The notes under the pieces are model-generated. The model had not been told where the DNA came from. It saw only the letters and a list, made by a program, of their open reading frames with translations, and made no database searches. From contig NW_027271821.1 of NCBI RefSeq assembly GCF_040938485.1, positions 124,001 through 188,000 on the forward strand: 64,000 nucleotides of DNA, given 5' to 3'. The position numbers and the translations under genes are program-made. Positions 37,801-50,950 of this stretch are shown piece after piece. Each line of letters starts with the position of its first letter. The first letter of the stretch is position 1. Origin of the DNA: Diadema antillarum. Its lineage: Eukaryota.

Positions 37801-40491
37801 GTGTCAACGCTAAACCATTTCTCTTTTTAATCCTTCATTGATTGAAGCCAATATTGCTGATAGTGTAATTTTCTTCGTAGATGCGTGAACATGAACATGA
37901 TGGGGGAAGAAGCGCGGAGAGAAAAAGCTGCTGGAGACACGCTGCTTTGGGTCTACAACGACCAAGCCGACTGCTCCGCGACCTGGGAGGACATCAAGTG
38001 GGTCAAACGCATCTCAACCATACCAGTGGTAGCCAAGGGTGTTCTCACAGGTAATAAAGACTACGGAATCTGTCAAACTTTCAACTAAGCAAAAGATTCC
38101 GCTGCAACAACCCCTCTGAATCTGCTGAAAAACATATACTCCTTTATTACTCCATTAATAATTATTTATTTCATGTCAAACGCATAAAGAATAAATGGTT
38201 ATTGCTGTGCACTTTATAAATATTACCTCCGCCATTAGGTGAAACCTACTGCCGGCGGAGGTTACGTTCTCGGTTCTGTATGTTTGTTTGTCCGTTTGTC
38301 CGTCTATCTGTCTGTGCAGGTTGTGTCCGTGTACAAGATAATTCGAGAACGGATGAACAAATTTCCACCAAATTTGCAGGGTGCGTTCATAATATGAAGT
38401 AAACAGATATGATTAAATTTGGGGGTCATGAGGTCAAAGATCAAAGGTCATAGGGATCATAAAGTCCATGACATGAGCATAATCTTCTAATAACTCACGA
38501 ACAGATGATCGGAATTTCACTAAACCTGCAGGGTGTGTATATGATGAAATGAGAAAGAAATGATATAATTTGGGGTCGAAAAGTCAAAGGTCATAGAGTA
38601 ATAAAGGACATATAACAAGCTTAATTTCCCAATAACTCAAGAACGGATGACCAGATTTTCACCAAACTTGCAGTGTATATTCATAATGGTATAGTAAGAG
38701 AGAAACTATGAATTTTGGATGATGACGTCAAAAGTCAGAGGTCAAAGGCTCATAAATGTCCAAAATAATATATTATCTATATACTTGTATTGTTTCTACT
38801 GTAAAATCGTTTCAATCATCTTTTCCGCAACAGGCGAGATGGCACGCGAGGCTGCGGCGGCTGGGGTAGACGGGATCTTGGTCTCGGCTCACGGCGGCAG
38901 ACAGCTAGACTCAGCCATAGCCCCAGTTAGTTATCAAATCCAACTTAACTTTTAAACTCAACTTCTCAGAAATTACACATCTTTTCGGTTGATTCTTCTT
39001 TTCTCTCGAGTAGGCCTATGCAAGACAATATGGAATGCCTATTTGTAGTATATAAAAATGAGGATGTGGATGTTTTATTGATGCTGTAATTCAGCTTATG
39101 GATCGTTTGGTTGCAGGCATTCGGTGGGAAGGCATTGGACATTTCACAACTTGTTAAGAGCTGTTCTTATAAATCATACTTGCTCTTAATCACGAGTATC
39201 TCTAATTATACTCCTCATAACTGTTTTCGTTTTTATCGTTACACAGTAGTCGTGTAGGTTCCAATATCCAGCCATATTCTCAGATAGAAATCAAACAAGC
39301 TATGATGATTATGATTATCAGTAAGAAGAAAATGACAATGAGTGCTTCTTATTATTATCCTTATCCTTATCATATTTCATTATGATATGTATCATTATCA
39401 ATAATGGAGGTCGTTTGACAGAAGCTGACTCTGTTTTATCGTCTTTTTATACTAGCTTGATGCTCTCCCGGAAGTGGTGGAAGCTGTACGTGGTACCAAC
39501 GTAGAAGTGTACGTTGATGGAGGCGTGCGTACTGGAGCGGACATCCTCAAGGCACTCGCCCTGGGAGCCCGGGCCGCCTTCATCGGCAGACCGGCGATAT
39601 GGGGCCTTGGATGTGGGGTATGCCTTTTTCACTTGCCTACAGGGTGTAGAGCAGGCTCTTTATTTTTATTTAGTTTTTGTTGTTCAGATTTTACTCTCCG
39701 AGAACCTGGTAGTGAATTACATGTATGTTCTGTACTGTATATGCACTGTCGCTCCTATAAACCACAGATGATACGTTGATGTGAATAATCTACATGCATT
39801 CCCTGGCCAATCATCAATTCTGATGTATCAAAATCAATATAATATGTCACTTAAGTGTCTTGTCATACTGCTGTAATTTTTGTAGCTGTAATTGCATTTT
39901 GTGTTTATTTCCCGAAATCTATCCTCTCTCACAGGGTGAAGATGGCGTGAAAGAAGTCCTAGACATTTTAAAGGACGAGTTCGACCGAGCAATGGCATTA
40001 ACAGGTTGGTACACAATCGCCTATCTTATATGTCTACTTTCATATTTTATGAGGCAATCAACACAAATCTGTTTCCGATGCAAAACATGTTGGAGTACAT
40101 TGCATGCAGGCATGCCGTTTTCGATCATTTTTTATTGTCCATACATATTCCAAAAGCAATTTACTTTTTTGATGACAAATCAGTTCTAATGGGCATCATT
40201 ACACGTTTTTGATTGAAATATCTTTCCTTCTCTCAGCTTGAAGGTGCTTATGTCTCTATAATTCTTGAGCTTTCGCTTTTTATATGTGTGTCATTGTTTC
40301 GTATGTTTGTTGTCATTGATTTAAAAGCTAGAACGAATTCCAAATCACTTCCTCAACAAGGAATCATTTATGTCTGTATATAGCAGTATATGTTTGATCG
40401 AAGCTGTTCTCTTGATTACACAGGCTGTGCCAACGTTGGCTGCGTGAAGAGGTCTCTCCTGGCTGACAAAAACAACTTTTCCCGCCTGTAA
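32925..40491 (+). CDS. HAO1: Peroxisomal (S)-2-hydroxy-acid oxidase paralog A (FMN-dependent, HAO family); 9 exons; +1 frameshift in exon 3 as assembled (379 aa if corrected)
   Basis: Exons 32925-33073, 34624-34775, 36327-36498, 37011-37116, 37881-38050, 38834-38925, 39456-39617, 39935-40004, 40424-40491. Motifs [63 protein letters not shown]; C-terminal SRL (PTS1). Exon 3 is 172 nt versus 171 in paralog B, with the extra A at 36416-36420. Orthology to HAO1 versus HAO2 is not resolved. Confidence 0.93.
34830..34877. repeat. (TA)n microsatellite
   Basis: Direct reading. Others occur at about 27585-27628 and 42400-42435. Confidence 0.97.
34894..35771. mobile_element. Tc1/mariner-type fold-back MITE in HAO-A intron 2, TA TSD
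   Basis: TA-CAGTGCGTAT.AAAAAAA..GTAATCCAACTTTG ... CAAAGTTGGATTAC..TTTTTTATACGCACTG-TA, with arms of about 300 bp. It lies next to a (TA)n run. Confidence 0.92.
38221..38770 (+). mobile_element. Helentron-associated interspersed element (HINE/DINE-like) in HAO-A intron 5
   Basis: 5' stem ACCTCCGCC ... GGCGGAGGT, then a (TGTY/CGTY)n microsatellite, then three diverged tandem units starting at 38338, 38490 and 38632 that contain GTCAAAGGTCA. Confidence 0.65.
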
Positions 40492-42398
40492 GAATTTCTT
40501 CTGCTGAGCAGCATTCATGAAAGAAATCAACCCTTATCTGCTCGTATGCGTGGCACAAGATAATAAAAAGAGATGATTTAAGGGGAAACAGGCTTATTCT
40601 ATATAATGTTCTAAATTCTATATGATGTTCTAAATGGTTTTAAAATATAGCGCACTGCATGTAGGACCTATTATTTTTCTACAACTATGGTGTGTAGCTA
40701 TGTAAACCAATCGAAATATTTATGACTCAAAATGGATGAAAACATCACCGAAGGTAAAATCAATAATGTTATAAAGGTAAATTGTGGGTAATGTTATAGG
40801 TTAGGTTATATTGTATTTTCACAATGGGTTTGTATCGCTGGAAAACAAGTTAGAAGCAAAATAAAGCCGCAGCCCATAAACTTCTAGGTATTGTTATTGG
40901 TGTTGCAGTTGATATTCAGGTTACTTGAATAATTGTGGATTTTCTTAACTTGTGAACTCATTCTCCTATTTCTAGAGGCTTCACCCTTCGAATGGGTTAT
41001 AATAATTGCTCTAAGGAGATAAGAAAAATGAAGGGAACAACCATTAAAAGTCTTCCACGGATGTTTATGTTAATTCTTGGTAATAGGCCTATAACAAACA
41101 GTTGCCTAATTGATGAGTATTTATGTATAACAGAGGTATAATTGATTGTAATATGGCAAATAATCATCTTGGATGTGAGCCGTACATACACAGCGATAAC
41201 ACATTCTTTTCTTGTATTGGAAATTTGCAAACTTATTTGGTATTTGGATAACTGTGAAGTTACGTGTTGGTATTTTTGAAAGTAACAAACTGTTGCTTAA
41301 TCGATAAGTAAGTTTTTTTCTCATAATGCAGATAGTGAGACGCCTCCAACGCTAAGATTGTTTAAGATGTAACAGAGGTTGATAATGGTAAATTATGTTG
41401 TACGTGCGTAAGTTATATCTAGGCCTACATAAAAAGCGATCTCACGTTGGACCTGTTAGGAGTATTTGCGCGCGCGCTTGTGTGTGTGCGTGTCTTTAAT
41501 GATAAGGTTAAATTGAATATTAGCTGCAATGCAGTTGTTTCCATAATATATTCCATAGGCATGGTATTGGTAAAGAGGGCACTATAAGTGTATGTTTATA
41601 TTTCCTTTTACTGCTTTCTAATAATTGATTTCTGTATATTATAATCGAAAGACACAAATAAACAAATCGTCTAACTCAAATGTACTGCAGTTGTACACGT
41701 GATCATTTGTTTTGACAACCAGTCAACTTTGTGACATTTTGGATGTTGAGGCATTGTAACTTAGACCGTTAGATATAAAACATTATGTATTCTATCATAT
41801 AGTGTGGTCCATAAAGGAATTGAATGTAATCTTATAATTTCTTGCAAATTTGTCAATGCCAATTTATGTCCAATAACGTACAAAACCATGAGTGAATTGA
41901 AAAGGTGAAGTATTTTCATGGCATATACAAATTCATTGTTCATTCTTCATTCATTATTGAGATTATTGGTATGAAGTAAACATTGACAAATTTAGCCCTA
42001 TGGCGATGTGCTTTGTAAAAACAAAACGACAAACTGGGATTGCCTATCCCCGTTGTAAACATGCAAGGTAAATGTGTGCACAAATGGATTCACACAACAT
42101 GAAAATTATGAAACAATTACAGAATTTCGTGTTTTTGCCATTTTCTTTTGCAACTTGAATAAGGTGTATGTTGTACACCTTTTGAATGAAAGTTTTCCAA
42201 ATATTCCACCAAAAGAGAGCACTTGATCGTTGGATTTCAATTCTGATAATGTAATCTTCGGCGAATATAAAGTACACAATTTCAGATTAGTTGTTCAGAG
42301 TATAAATATATGAAATAGGCTGCATTTACAGGAGTTTATTGTTAGGCGATTTCTTCTTATATTGAACCAATGTATCGTCTTACATTTAATATACTAGT

Positions 42399-42438
<40 letters not shown>

Positions 42439-42960
42439 TTGTGTGTATATATATACATATATATACATTTTCACATTATATACCCTTCCAATGTGGTACG
42501 GTCTTCAAGGTTTTTTTTTTTTTTTAAAGAGGTACCCATGTCTAATTCTGAACCACTTGCAAATCCTTATACAGTTAGGCCTAAAGTACAAACACTACAA
42601 TATTTACGAGACATACTCGTTACAACAGACGGATAGCGCAGATCGACATAGCAAAACTTTCTTCTGAATACAAGCAGCTGACATTGGTTGACCTGCGCCA
42701 TATCTGTAAGAGGTTTTCCCGATGCCTAATCGCTCCGAATGAATGGCATATATTTTTTTAACGTTTTTGTTGTAAATAGTTGAACTGACACGACTTTATT
42801 CATCCTGACTTGATAGTTGTTCTGTCGTGAATGTTGTGGACTTGCACGCACCCCGCCTGACTGTATAGAGAAAGAAAGAAAAAATACAAGAGAGTAACAA
42901 TACCGTCACATAATGAATAGAATATACGTCCTCGATTAGCTACAAACGTTGACCGTGGAG

Positions 42961-43051
42961 CTATAAGTTGCAGTTACGAGCACTGACAAGAATTTACTGT
43001 TTCGTTCTGTGCATTGACCGTGCCTGTGTTCTGTTGCCCCGCTGGAGAAAG
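42961..43051 (+). promoter_or_regulatory. Candidate TATA-like element and non-coding first exon of HAO paralog B
   Basis: TATAAG at about 42962 and a perfect donor AAG|GTAAGT at 43051/43052. A pyrimidine-rich acceptor ...TTCATCCATAG| at 44963 lies 57 nt before the HAO-B ATG. Confidence 0.45.
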
Positions 43052-44436
43052 GTAAGTGTATACCTCCGTAGAACTCGTGTCATTTATTACAAACGTGTCA
43101 GGTACCAATCTCATGATATGACCTCCCCGATATCACTATGAAAACGTGTATAAAACCACAGAGTCGACCAGAATATCGTCAATTATCACCTATGATAATA
43201 TAATTTATGTTATGCTACGTTGATAAACGCCATGTTCCCGGCGACCACGGCTTGCGAGGTTGTAGCTGAAAAGAAAGATTCTAATAAACAGATGCAGTGT
43301 TTTAACCTAATCAAATTACACCAAACCCTCAAAATACCGTTAAAACGTTCAGATTACTTTCATTACAGTTGCTATTTTGAAGTGCATAGCTGTTTTCGGG
43401 TATTATTAACCAGTGTACATAGAGAAGCAAGTAGTGTTATATATTCATCATGTACCAACCATTTTCGAAGTTCTCATGATGATTAAACACTGTTTAAATC
43501 TTTTTAAAAATACCTCCAAACCACAGTCGGTATCGAATATATACTACTAGTACCCATAACTTCTCCAATTAGCAATTGAGCAACCTAACTATGAGTCGTC
43601 AATGTGAAAAGTGAAACGTCATTTTCCAGCCTCATACAGTGTCATGGCACGTTCCGAAAGACGCCCTTCTAGATCAAAGGTCCTCGTTGATATCAACAAC
43701 CATTGCTTCTCAATATATTCATTTCTTTTTCTCCATACCCTTTGGACTGTGCATTTAAACATCTGGCTACTTTATTCCTGCCTTTGCTATTTGTAAGTAT
43801 CCGCCACAGTTTCCTCGCATGGTTCATGAGAAAATCGCTCCTTGGTTTCAGACATACAGTACTAGAACTATACATGACCATTTGTTTATGCTGTTTTTTG
43901 CTTGCACCCAACAATGTAAGCCAGGTGGTATAAAATCCATTTCATAGTACAGTATATCATGGACAGGGTCAACAGCTTATAGCTTATCGCTCGGGGCCCG
44001 GACGTCACTTTTCCGTTGGTTTATATTTTGTCAGTTCAATTCATTGAGTGGCTCACACTTCTGCAAGTCTGTGTTTCACGCGAAATATTTTTCGAATGAT
44101 AAAATGATTTCCATCGAATAGTTTTATATCACAATGTATGTAATGTATTTACTGTATTACATTCTTTTGGGGGTAAATTTATCGGGAAAAACGTGGTATA
44201 TAGAATCTGATTTGATTTGAAGTGAGTGGTTTGTTGTTGGTGGTTTTTTTTTTACCTAAGATGAAAGATACGGGTAGATGTTTTGAATTGTTATTTACCG
44301 AGTGATTACAACTAGCATTTGTTTGTATGTGTGTGTGTATGTATGTTTTTTTTTTTTTGTGAGTGTGAACAAAATGTTGGTACCTCAGAATCTTTTGCAA
44401 GCTATTTGTCATTGTTTGTTTTTCCTTCTTTGCTTC

Positions 44437-44835
44437 TTAAAGGGATGGTACAGCTTCGGTTGTGATGGGGATTCAGGTTTCTAACTTCTTTTCATGATAA
44501 TTTTGAAAGATCTTGAACAATTCCTTACGAAATATGACAGAGCATATAATTCTAAGAGGAATTCCAAGCTTGATGAAAATTGGCTTTGAAATGGCTAAGA
44601 CATTGAAAAAAGCGATCATAATGAAAGGTTGGACTCACTTTATGATCGGTTTGTTTTATTGTGCTTTTAGGATATCCCCGCCATTTAAAAACAAATTTTC
44701 ATCAACTAAACTTTGAATTCCTCTTAAAATCGCATATGTTCTTTACCGTCCCATAAAGTAGATTCCGTATCTTGCAAAAAAAAAAGAAAATTAAAAGCTG
44801 AATCCTCACCTCAGCTAATGCTATACCATCCTTTT
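44437..44835. mobile_element. Kolobok-like non-autonomous element upstream of the HAO-B coding exon 1
   Basis: TTAAAGGGATGGTACAG..GGGATTCAG ... CTGAATCCTCACCTCAGC..TATACCATCCTTTT. Related to 27219-27672. Confidence 0.75.
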
Positions 44836-45020
44836 TGTGTGCATGTGTTTCTCGACGTCCACATGTTTCTTTATCCACAAATCCATTAATCAGTCCATGA
44901 AATCACTTCCACGTAAAGAATATTCTGAGTCTGCTGAGTCTATTTTTCGTTTTTCATCCATAGACAAAAGGGCGCTAAAACCAAACTCGTCACACTCGAG
45001 AACACCGGCTAGAACCCAAA

Positions 45021-46097
45021 ATGTCTCATGGAACGAGGAGAGTGTGTGTAGACGACTACGAGAAAGACGCCAAGAGAATCATTGACCCGCTGTTGTTGGA
45101 CTACTACCAGGGAGGAGCGGACGAAGAGATTACTCTCAATGAGAGTCGCACGGCTTTCAGGCGGTACGTCAAAAGGATAACCAAAGTTGTAGTGATGCTT
45201 CATTTCATTTCATTTCATTTCATTTCATTTATTTCATTTCCTACAAAATTACACAATACAATATAACAGTTGCATATACAAAAATAGAGTACAATGTGAC
45301 TTTTGCATATCGAAATTAAAGCAGATTTTTTTTTGATAAAACAAAACTTAGTTTAAGGAAATACATAGTCAAACTTTATTACTGAGTCGTATATCAAGGG
45401 AAAGATATCGGAAATGAAGGGGGCTGCTAAAAAACCTAGCTTGTAAAATGCAGTCCCCACGTGAGTGGCAAATAGTAGTAATAGCCAAACAAAACGATAA
45501 GACAATAATGAAGCTTACTTGAGAGTGCGTAAATTATTTGTGTTTTTTAATGGTTACAAAAGACTCACTGTCAGCTACGGAACAATCATTGCTTGCATAT
45601 TGTTCATGTACATTGATAGTACAGGAACCAAAAAAATATCAAATCAAATCAAATCAAATCAATTGAAATTCACCATGTGTGGCGCCATACGACTCCCCAA
45701 TACTGTGTCTGCATATTTACTTGTGTATGCTTAGCATCCTACCCAAGAAGGCACACAAGATGTGAATCAGCTCTTTTTACAACTACCGGAAATTCATCTT
45801 GACAACTACCCCAAAAATATGAAAGAAATTGTTGCATCATAATGATTGACGATGCAATTTGATTATAATTTTCCTGAACATTTAAGAAAGATACAGAAAG
45901 CCAATCAAAGTACATGTATACACTACAACCAAAAGGAAATATCATAAACAGCTACCCTTCTTGCTCTACATCCGTTTGTGATTAATGTTTGTAATCAGTC
46001 ATTATTGACTAACTGGCAGTATAAACAAGAGGAACAATTAAAAGTAGAGACAACGAAACAACAAAGTTAATAAACACGTACGCACGCACACGCACGC

Positions 46098-46135
<38 letters not shown>

Positions 46136-49100
46136 AAAATCTTCCTGTTGAATATTCAGTTTGGTTCACTTTCCATGTGATAGGTACCGTTTTCGGCCTA
46201 GGATACTTCGTGACGTCTCGAACAGAGATATTTCGACCACGATACTGGGTCATCGAATCGCCTTTCCTTGTTGCATCTCGCCCACAGCCTTCCACAAGGG
46301 TGCTCATCCCGATGGGGAGTTGGCCACTGCGAAGGGTAAGTTACAAGATGCAATAAACTAGGTTTAAATATCTGTAAAATGATGGTGACAGTGAAAGAGT
46401 AAAAGGCAATGATATCAGATGATTTGACGAAAAAAAAAGATCTCATTTTGGTGAACAATGTCTCGACAACCATTTCCACAGCCGCCGCTTCCCATGACGT
46501 ACTGATGGCTGTAAGCTCCTCCTCCACCTGCTCCGTTGCAGATATCACCAAGGTTGCCCCGACCGGATTGCGGATGATGCAGTTATATCCTTTCAAGAAC
46601 AGAAAAATAACCGAGTTACTAGTTAAGCAGGCGGAGAAGGCCAACTTTCAAGGTAGCACGTGTACCCATTGAAAATCAAAACGTGTTTGTGTCTTGTGTA
46701 TCTTGTCTATACCCAGGATAGCCTTGACGTAATTAGGAAATAGGCAAACATTGTCTATTGCTCAATGATTGATTATGCGCTTTTTCTTTTTGCATCTTAA
46801 GAATGTGCACAAAGACCAACTTAAACATTGATTCATATCAAGATACGCAGACGCAGACGGAATAGCACGGTCACACATACATACGCAAATAAATACTTTG
46901 GTGGGCGAAAGAGTCTGAACAGTTAATCATTCTATCATTTACACGATATGGCTAACTGAAGGGATGAACTAGAGATCCCTGTGTTGAGTTATGCTGTATA
47001 GATCATCCTGTAATTGTACCATGGACTTGTAGAGAGAACGTTATTTTCTTTGGAGTAGTTTGAGAACGGAATTACTAACACAGAGTTATTAAAAGAAAAA
47101 CACGTCAGCAATAACTACCCGTAGAACACCGTCACTTTGTGCAAGACATAATCATATAATTAGGATAAAGACATCATTTTGTGACTTTTGATTGCCTCAA
47201 CGAGTGGATATGTTCTCCATGACATGCGTAGAAATAATTTCAATTTAGTGGCTTATTTTCCATGACAAGATTCATTTATGACTCATCTTTTATTGTCGTA
47301 TATCCCAGCTATTTTGGTCACTGTTGACGTATCTGTTTACGGGAAAAGGAGGCAAGATTTGCGGAATGACACCTTCAAAGTGGTCATCACAAATCCAGCC
47401 TATGCCTTTCTGAGGTAGTTTGTGATGCGTGTATACAGAACTTCACTCTCGTATTTCCACTGCATAACATCTCACATGGCTATATTGCTTACCCATGTAT
47501 TAATAAAGGAAATTTAACACAATAAAATCTGATTTATCCTCATGGTTTTAAGTCTGAGAGGCAGCGTAATGTACTTTGTTTATCAAGGAAATATAAAACG
47601 GTATTTAGCATGCAATCACCGAGAAGATAATATAAATTCTTTGATGTAAATTCAAAGGCAAAACTCTCACTAACTCATTGCTTTCTACAACATATCAGTG
47701 ACAATACTTTCTTTATTTTAGCAATAACAACCCCTGTACCCTCGGAAGCATCATTGCCAAATGATTAGAACTGTTTTCAATTCCAATTTCAATTCAATTC
47801 AATTCAATATTGTCATGTATTTCCATTCCCCCGAAAGTTGAAATGAGATATAAATGCAGTTGCTTAATAATTATCTTGCAATGAATTATATAAGAATATA
47901 AGATATAAATCTCAGTGATATTTTGTGTGCAACAAAATGGGGAAAGTCATTAGTGTGAGGTCGTCTTCATTTTGACTCGTTTGCATTTTGTGACTCATTG
48001 GTGAGAAAATTTGATATCGTAATAGTTCATAACCTTCTGAATTTATGTCCACTTTTGTTGAAAATTCCACCGATCTTTGTCGCGCTTTACTTATCAAAGT
48101 TGGCAGTGATGTGAAGTGTTATTTGTTTTCATCATTGCCTAACCCTTAAACTCTTTCATAGATTAAGCAATGATTTTACACGTGCTATTATAGCGATATC
48201 AACTATTAACGTATCTGATGATCTTGAGCAAGCACCTTTGCGTATCTGAAATATCTGAGCCATTGCATCAATTAGATAGGTTTAACGAATGCGAATACTA
48301 CATAAACAATTGCTTCTGTAAGGACTTGTGAAGCTATACCCAAGATAAACTGGTAACCAGGGCAACCAAAATGACGACACCAGACTACTAATGCCCTCTT
48401 TCCATCCTCCTTGACTCACAGATGTGTGATCATGGACCTGATCGAGGAGGATGTCGCACGGGCCACGGCTGAGGGTGACTCTCTGCTCTGGCTCTACGCT
48501 CAATCCATCGATGCCTCCATCACATGGGAAGATATAAAGTGGATCAAAAGCATTTCATCTTTACCTTTGGTGGTCAAGGGTGTACTTACAGGTAAGGATG
48601 CCCACTTGCCCACCACTGCCCATACAAACCGGCATCATCGTGGCATTACAGTAAATTGCATGACTTTAGCTCGGTGGTGTGTCGCTTCCCGTTAAGCAGC
48701 TGTTGACGCGGGTTTAAATCCCAGGATCCTTCTTTTTCACTTGCCAATCTATTTTGTGTTTACAGTGATGCAGATCGAGCACACGATTTTACGGAAGAAT
48801 CAGCTAAAACAAAACAAAAGATCTAGAATAGGTGTGCTTTTACAAAAAAAAAAAAATATTGTGAATACACTATATTTTGTCTGTGAATGCTATAATTACT
48901 GATTATCAATTAAAACCAGGATTTTATTATTATACAGTAATTTTTTCGACTATACACATTCATACTCACACGAATATTATAGATACACCACTTTAATATG
49001 CATGTCATTCACCCACATAAACATCATACAATACGTTAGTGCAACCAGGGAGGTGGAAGAGATCCACCTCCCTGGTGCAACAATGTTTACAGAAGCATTT

Positions 49101-50950
49101 TATTCAAGTGTTTTGCACAAGTAGCCCTACACATTAATGTTGTGGCTGCTCTCGAATCTGTACATTATCTGTATAGCACAGCGCTTTTCTTTTCTACTAC
49201 AGGCGAGATGGCACGCGAGGCTGCGGCGGCTGGGGTAGACGGGATCTTGGTCTCGGCTCACGGCGGCAGGCAGCTGGACTCGGTCATAGCCCCGGTTCGA
49301 AAATCATGATTGTACATGCAAATTATCTAATTAGCATTTATATCAGTGCATTGCTACCCGACTTTTAGTTTTACTTTTTTATGTAGAACAGGCCAAGGTT
49401 ATCTTATGGAATCGATTTTATCGTGGCAATCAATTAGAACCTTTAAACTAGTTCTAATCTCCTAGCTTACACTGCATTTTCATCTTTATTCATTTTTTGT
49501 CGGTTTTCATCATTTTCTGCATGCATTTTCTTATTATTATCCTTTTATCATATTATTTGAGAATTGTCATTTCCCTATCTTCATTGATTGCGTCTTAATC
49601 ATATCCAGTCTTGATTCGGGATGAATGGTCGATGACAGTTCCTCATCATCAACTGTCATCTAAATATTATATCTACTCTCTAACACTAGCTTGATGCCCT
49701 ACCGGAAGTGGTGGAAGCTGCATGTGGTACCAACGTAGAAGTTTACGTTGATGGAGGCGTGCGTACTGGAGCGGACATCCTCAAGGCACTCGCCCTAGGA
49801 GCCCGGGCCGCCTTCATCGGCAGGCCGGTGATATGGGGACTTGCATGTGGAGTAGGTTTGACCCTTTCTGTCCAGTTGCCAACGCATCTATACGAGATGA
49901 CATCAGGATTTTAGGATGGTGATCCAACAAGGGTTAATTGACAGAAGTGAGGAGGACGGGGGAAGGTCTTGACCCAAAGGCTCAAGAATTTGGGAATTGA
50001 AATGATAATGTTCATGTGTCTGGTATGCTTTGGTACCTGTGTCAGCATGATGAAGTCTGGAATAGCGTGTTTTGAGATCAATAAGAACCATTAGGAGCAG
50101 GGGAGGGGGGGGGGGTTTCAAGTGATATCTGAATTCTGAATCCTTCCATAGCCTCCAATAAGCAAACTGTTTCAAAATTATAATTGGTTCGTTCTTAATG
50201 AAAATATACGTCAATGTACTCAAGAAATGAAAAGAGAGAAGGTTAAGAATAGAAATAATTGCATGGAATAGTGATCATTCATGTTGTCGACCTTTACTCT
50301 CAAATATCCACAGTGTATCAGACATCGGATTTGGGAGCAGTGTTCACCGAACACTGAACATTGTCCTCATTACAAAAATGGCCTTTACAGTCTTCTGGAT
50401 GTTTCCTGTAATTGTCCATGTCTTTTTCTTTTTCTTTTTTTGTAGGGGGAAACAGGAGTAACAGAAGTCCTAGACATTCTAAAAGATGAATTCAGCCGAG
50501 CCATGGCATTGACAGGTATGTTATGATATACGTATACCTCCGCGGAGGATGATATAACTTGAAATGGAATTTGCTGTTATAAGTAAACATAGTCATCCTG
50601 TGTTTTTTCTTCTGTCTTTAAAATGGATTTAAAGTAGCACCTGATTAAACTTGCTTGTTGTATTTTACTCAAGTACGATTGCATCTGTGCTCGAGTTTTT
50701 AAATTGGTGTTGTTTCTTGATTTCTTTTCTACGACGGATGAAAAATCACGTGCCCGTTTTTTATGTTATGCTGAAAAAAAAATGTATATGAATTCGTATT
50801 TAAAACACCCCTCCTTACTACATTTTATTTTCCTTGGATTTGGAAGTAACACCTATTACAACTGTGTTGCTTTAATCGACAGGTTGTGCCAGCGTTGGAT
50901 GTATTGACAGGTCTCTCATCGTGGATAAAACCAAGATTAGCCGATTATGA
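45021..50950 (+). CDS. HAO1: Peroxisomal (S)-2-hydroxy-acid oxidase paralog B; 9 exons, 377 aa, intact
   Basis: Exons 45021-45163, 46184-46335, 46482-46652, 47309-47414, 48422-48591, 49203-49294, 49690-49851, 50446-50515, 50883-50950. These give 1134 nt in frame, with the same intron phases as paralog A. Motifs [41 protein letters not shown]; ends SRL* (PTS1). HAO1/HAO2 orthology is not resolved. Confidence 0.96.
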
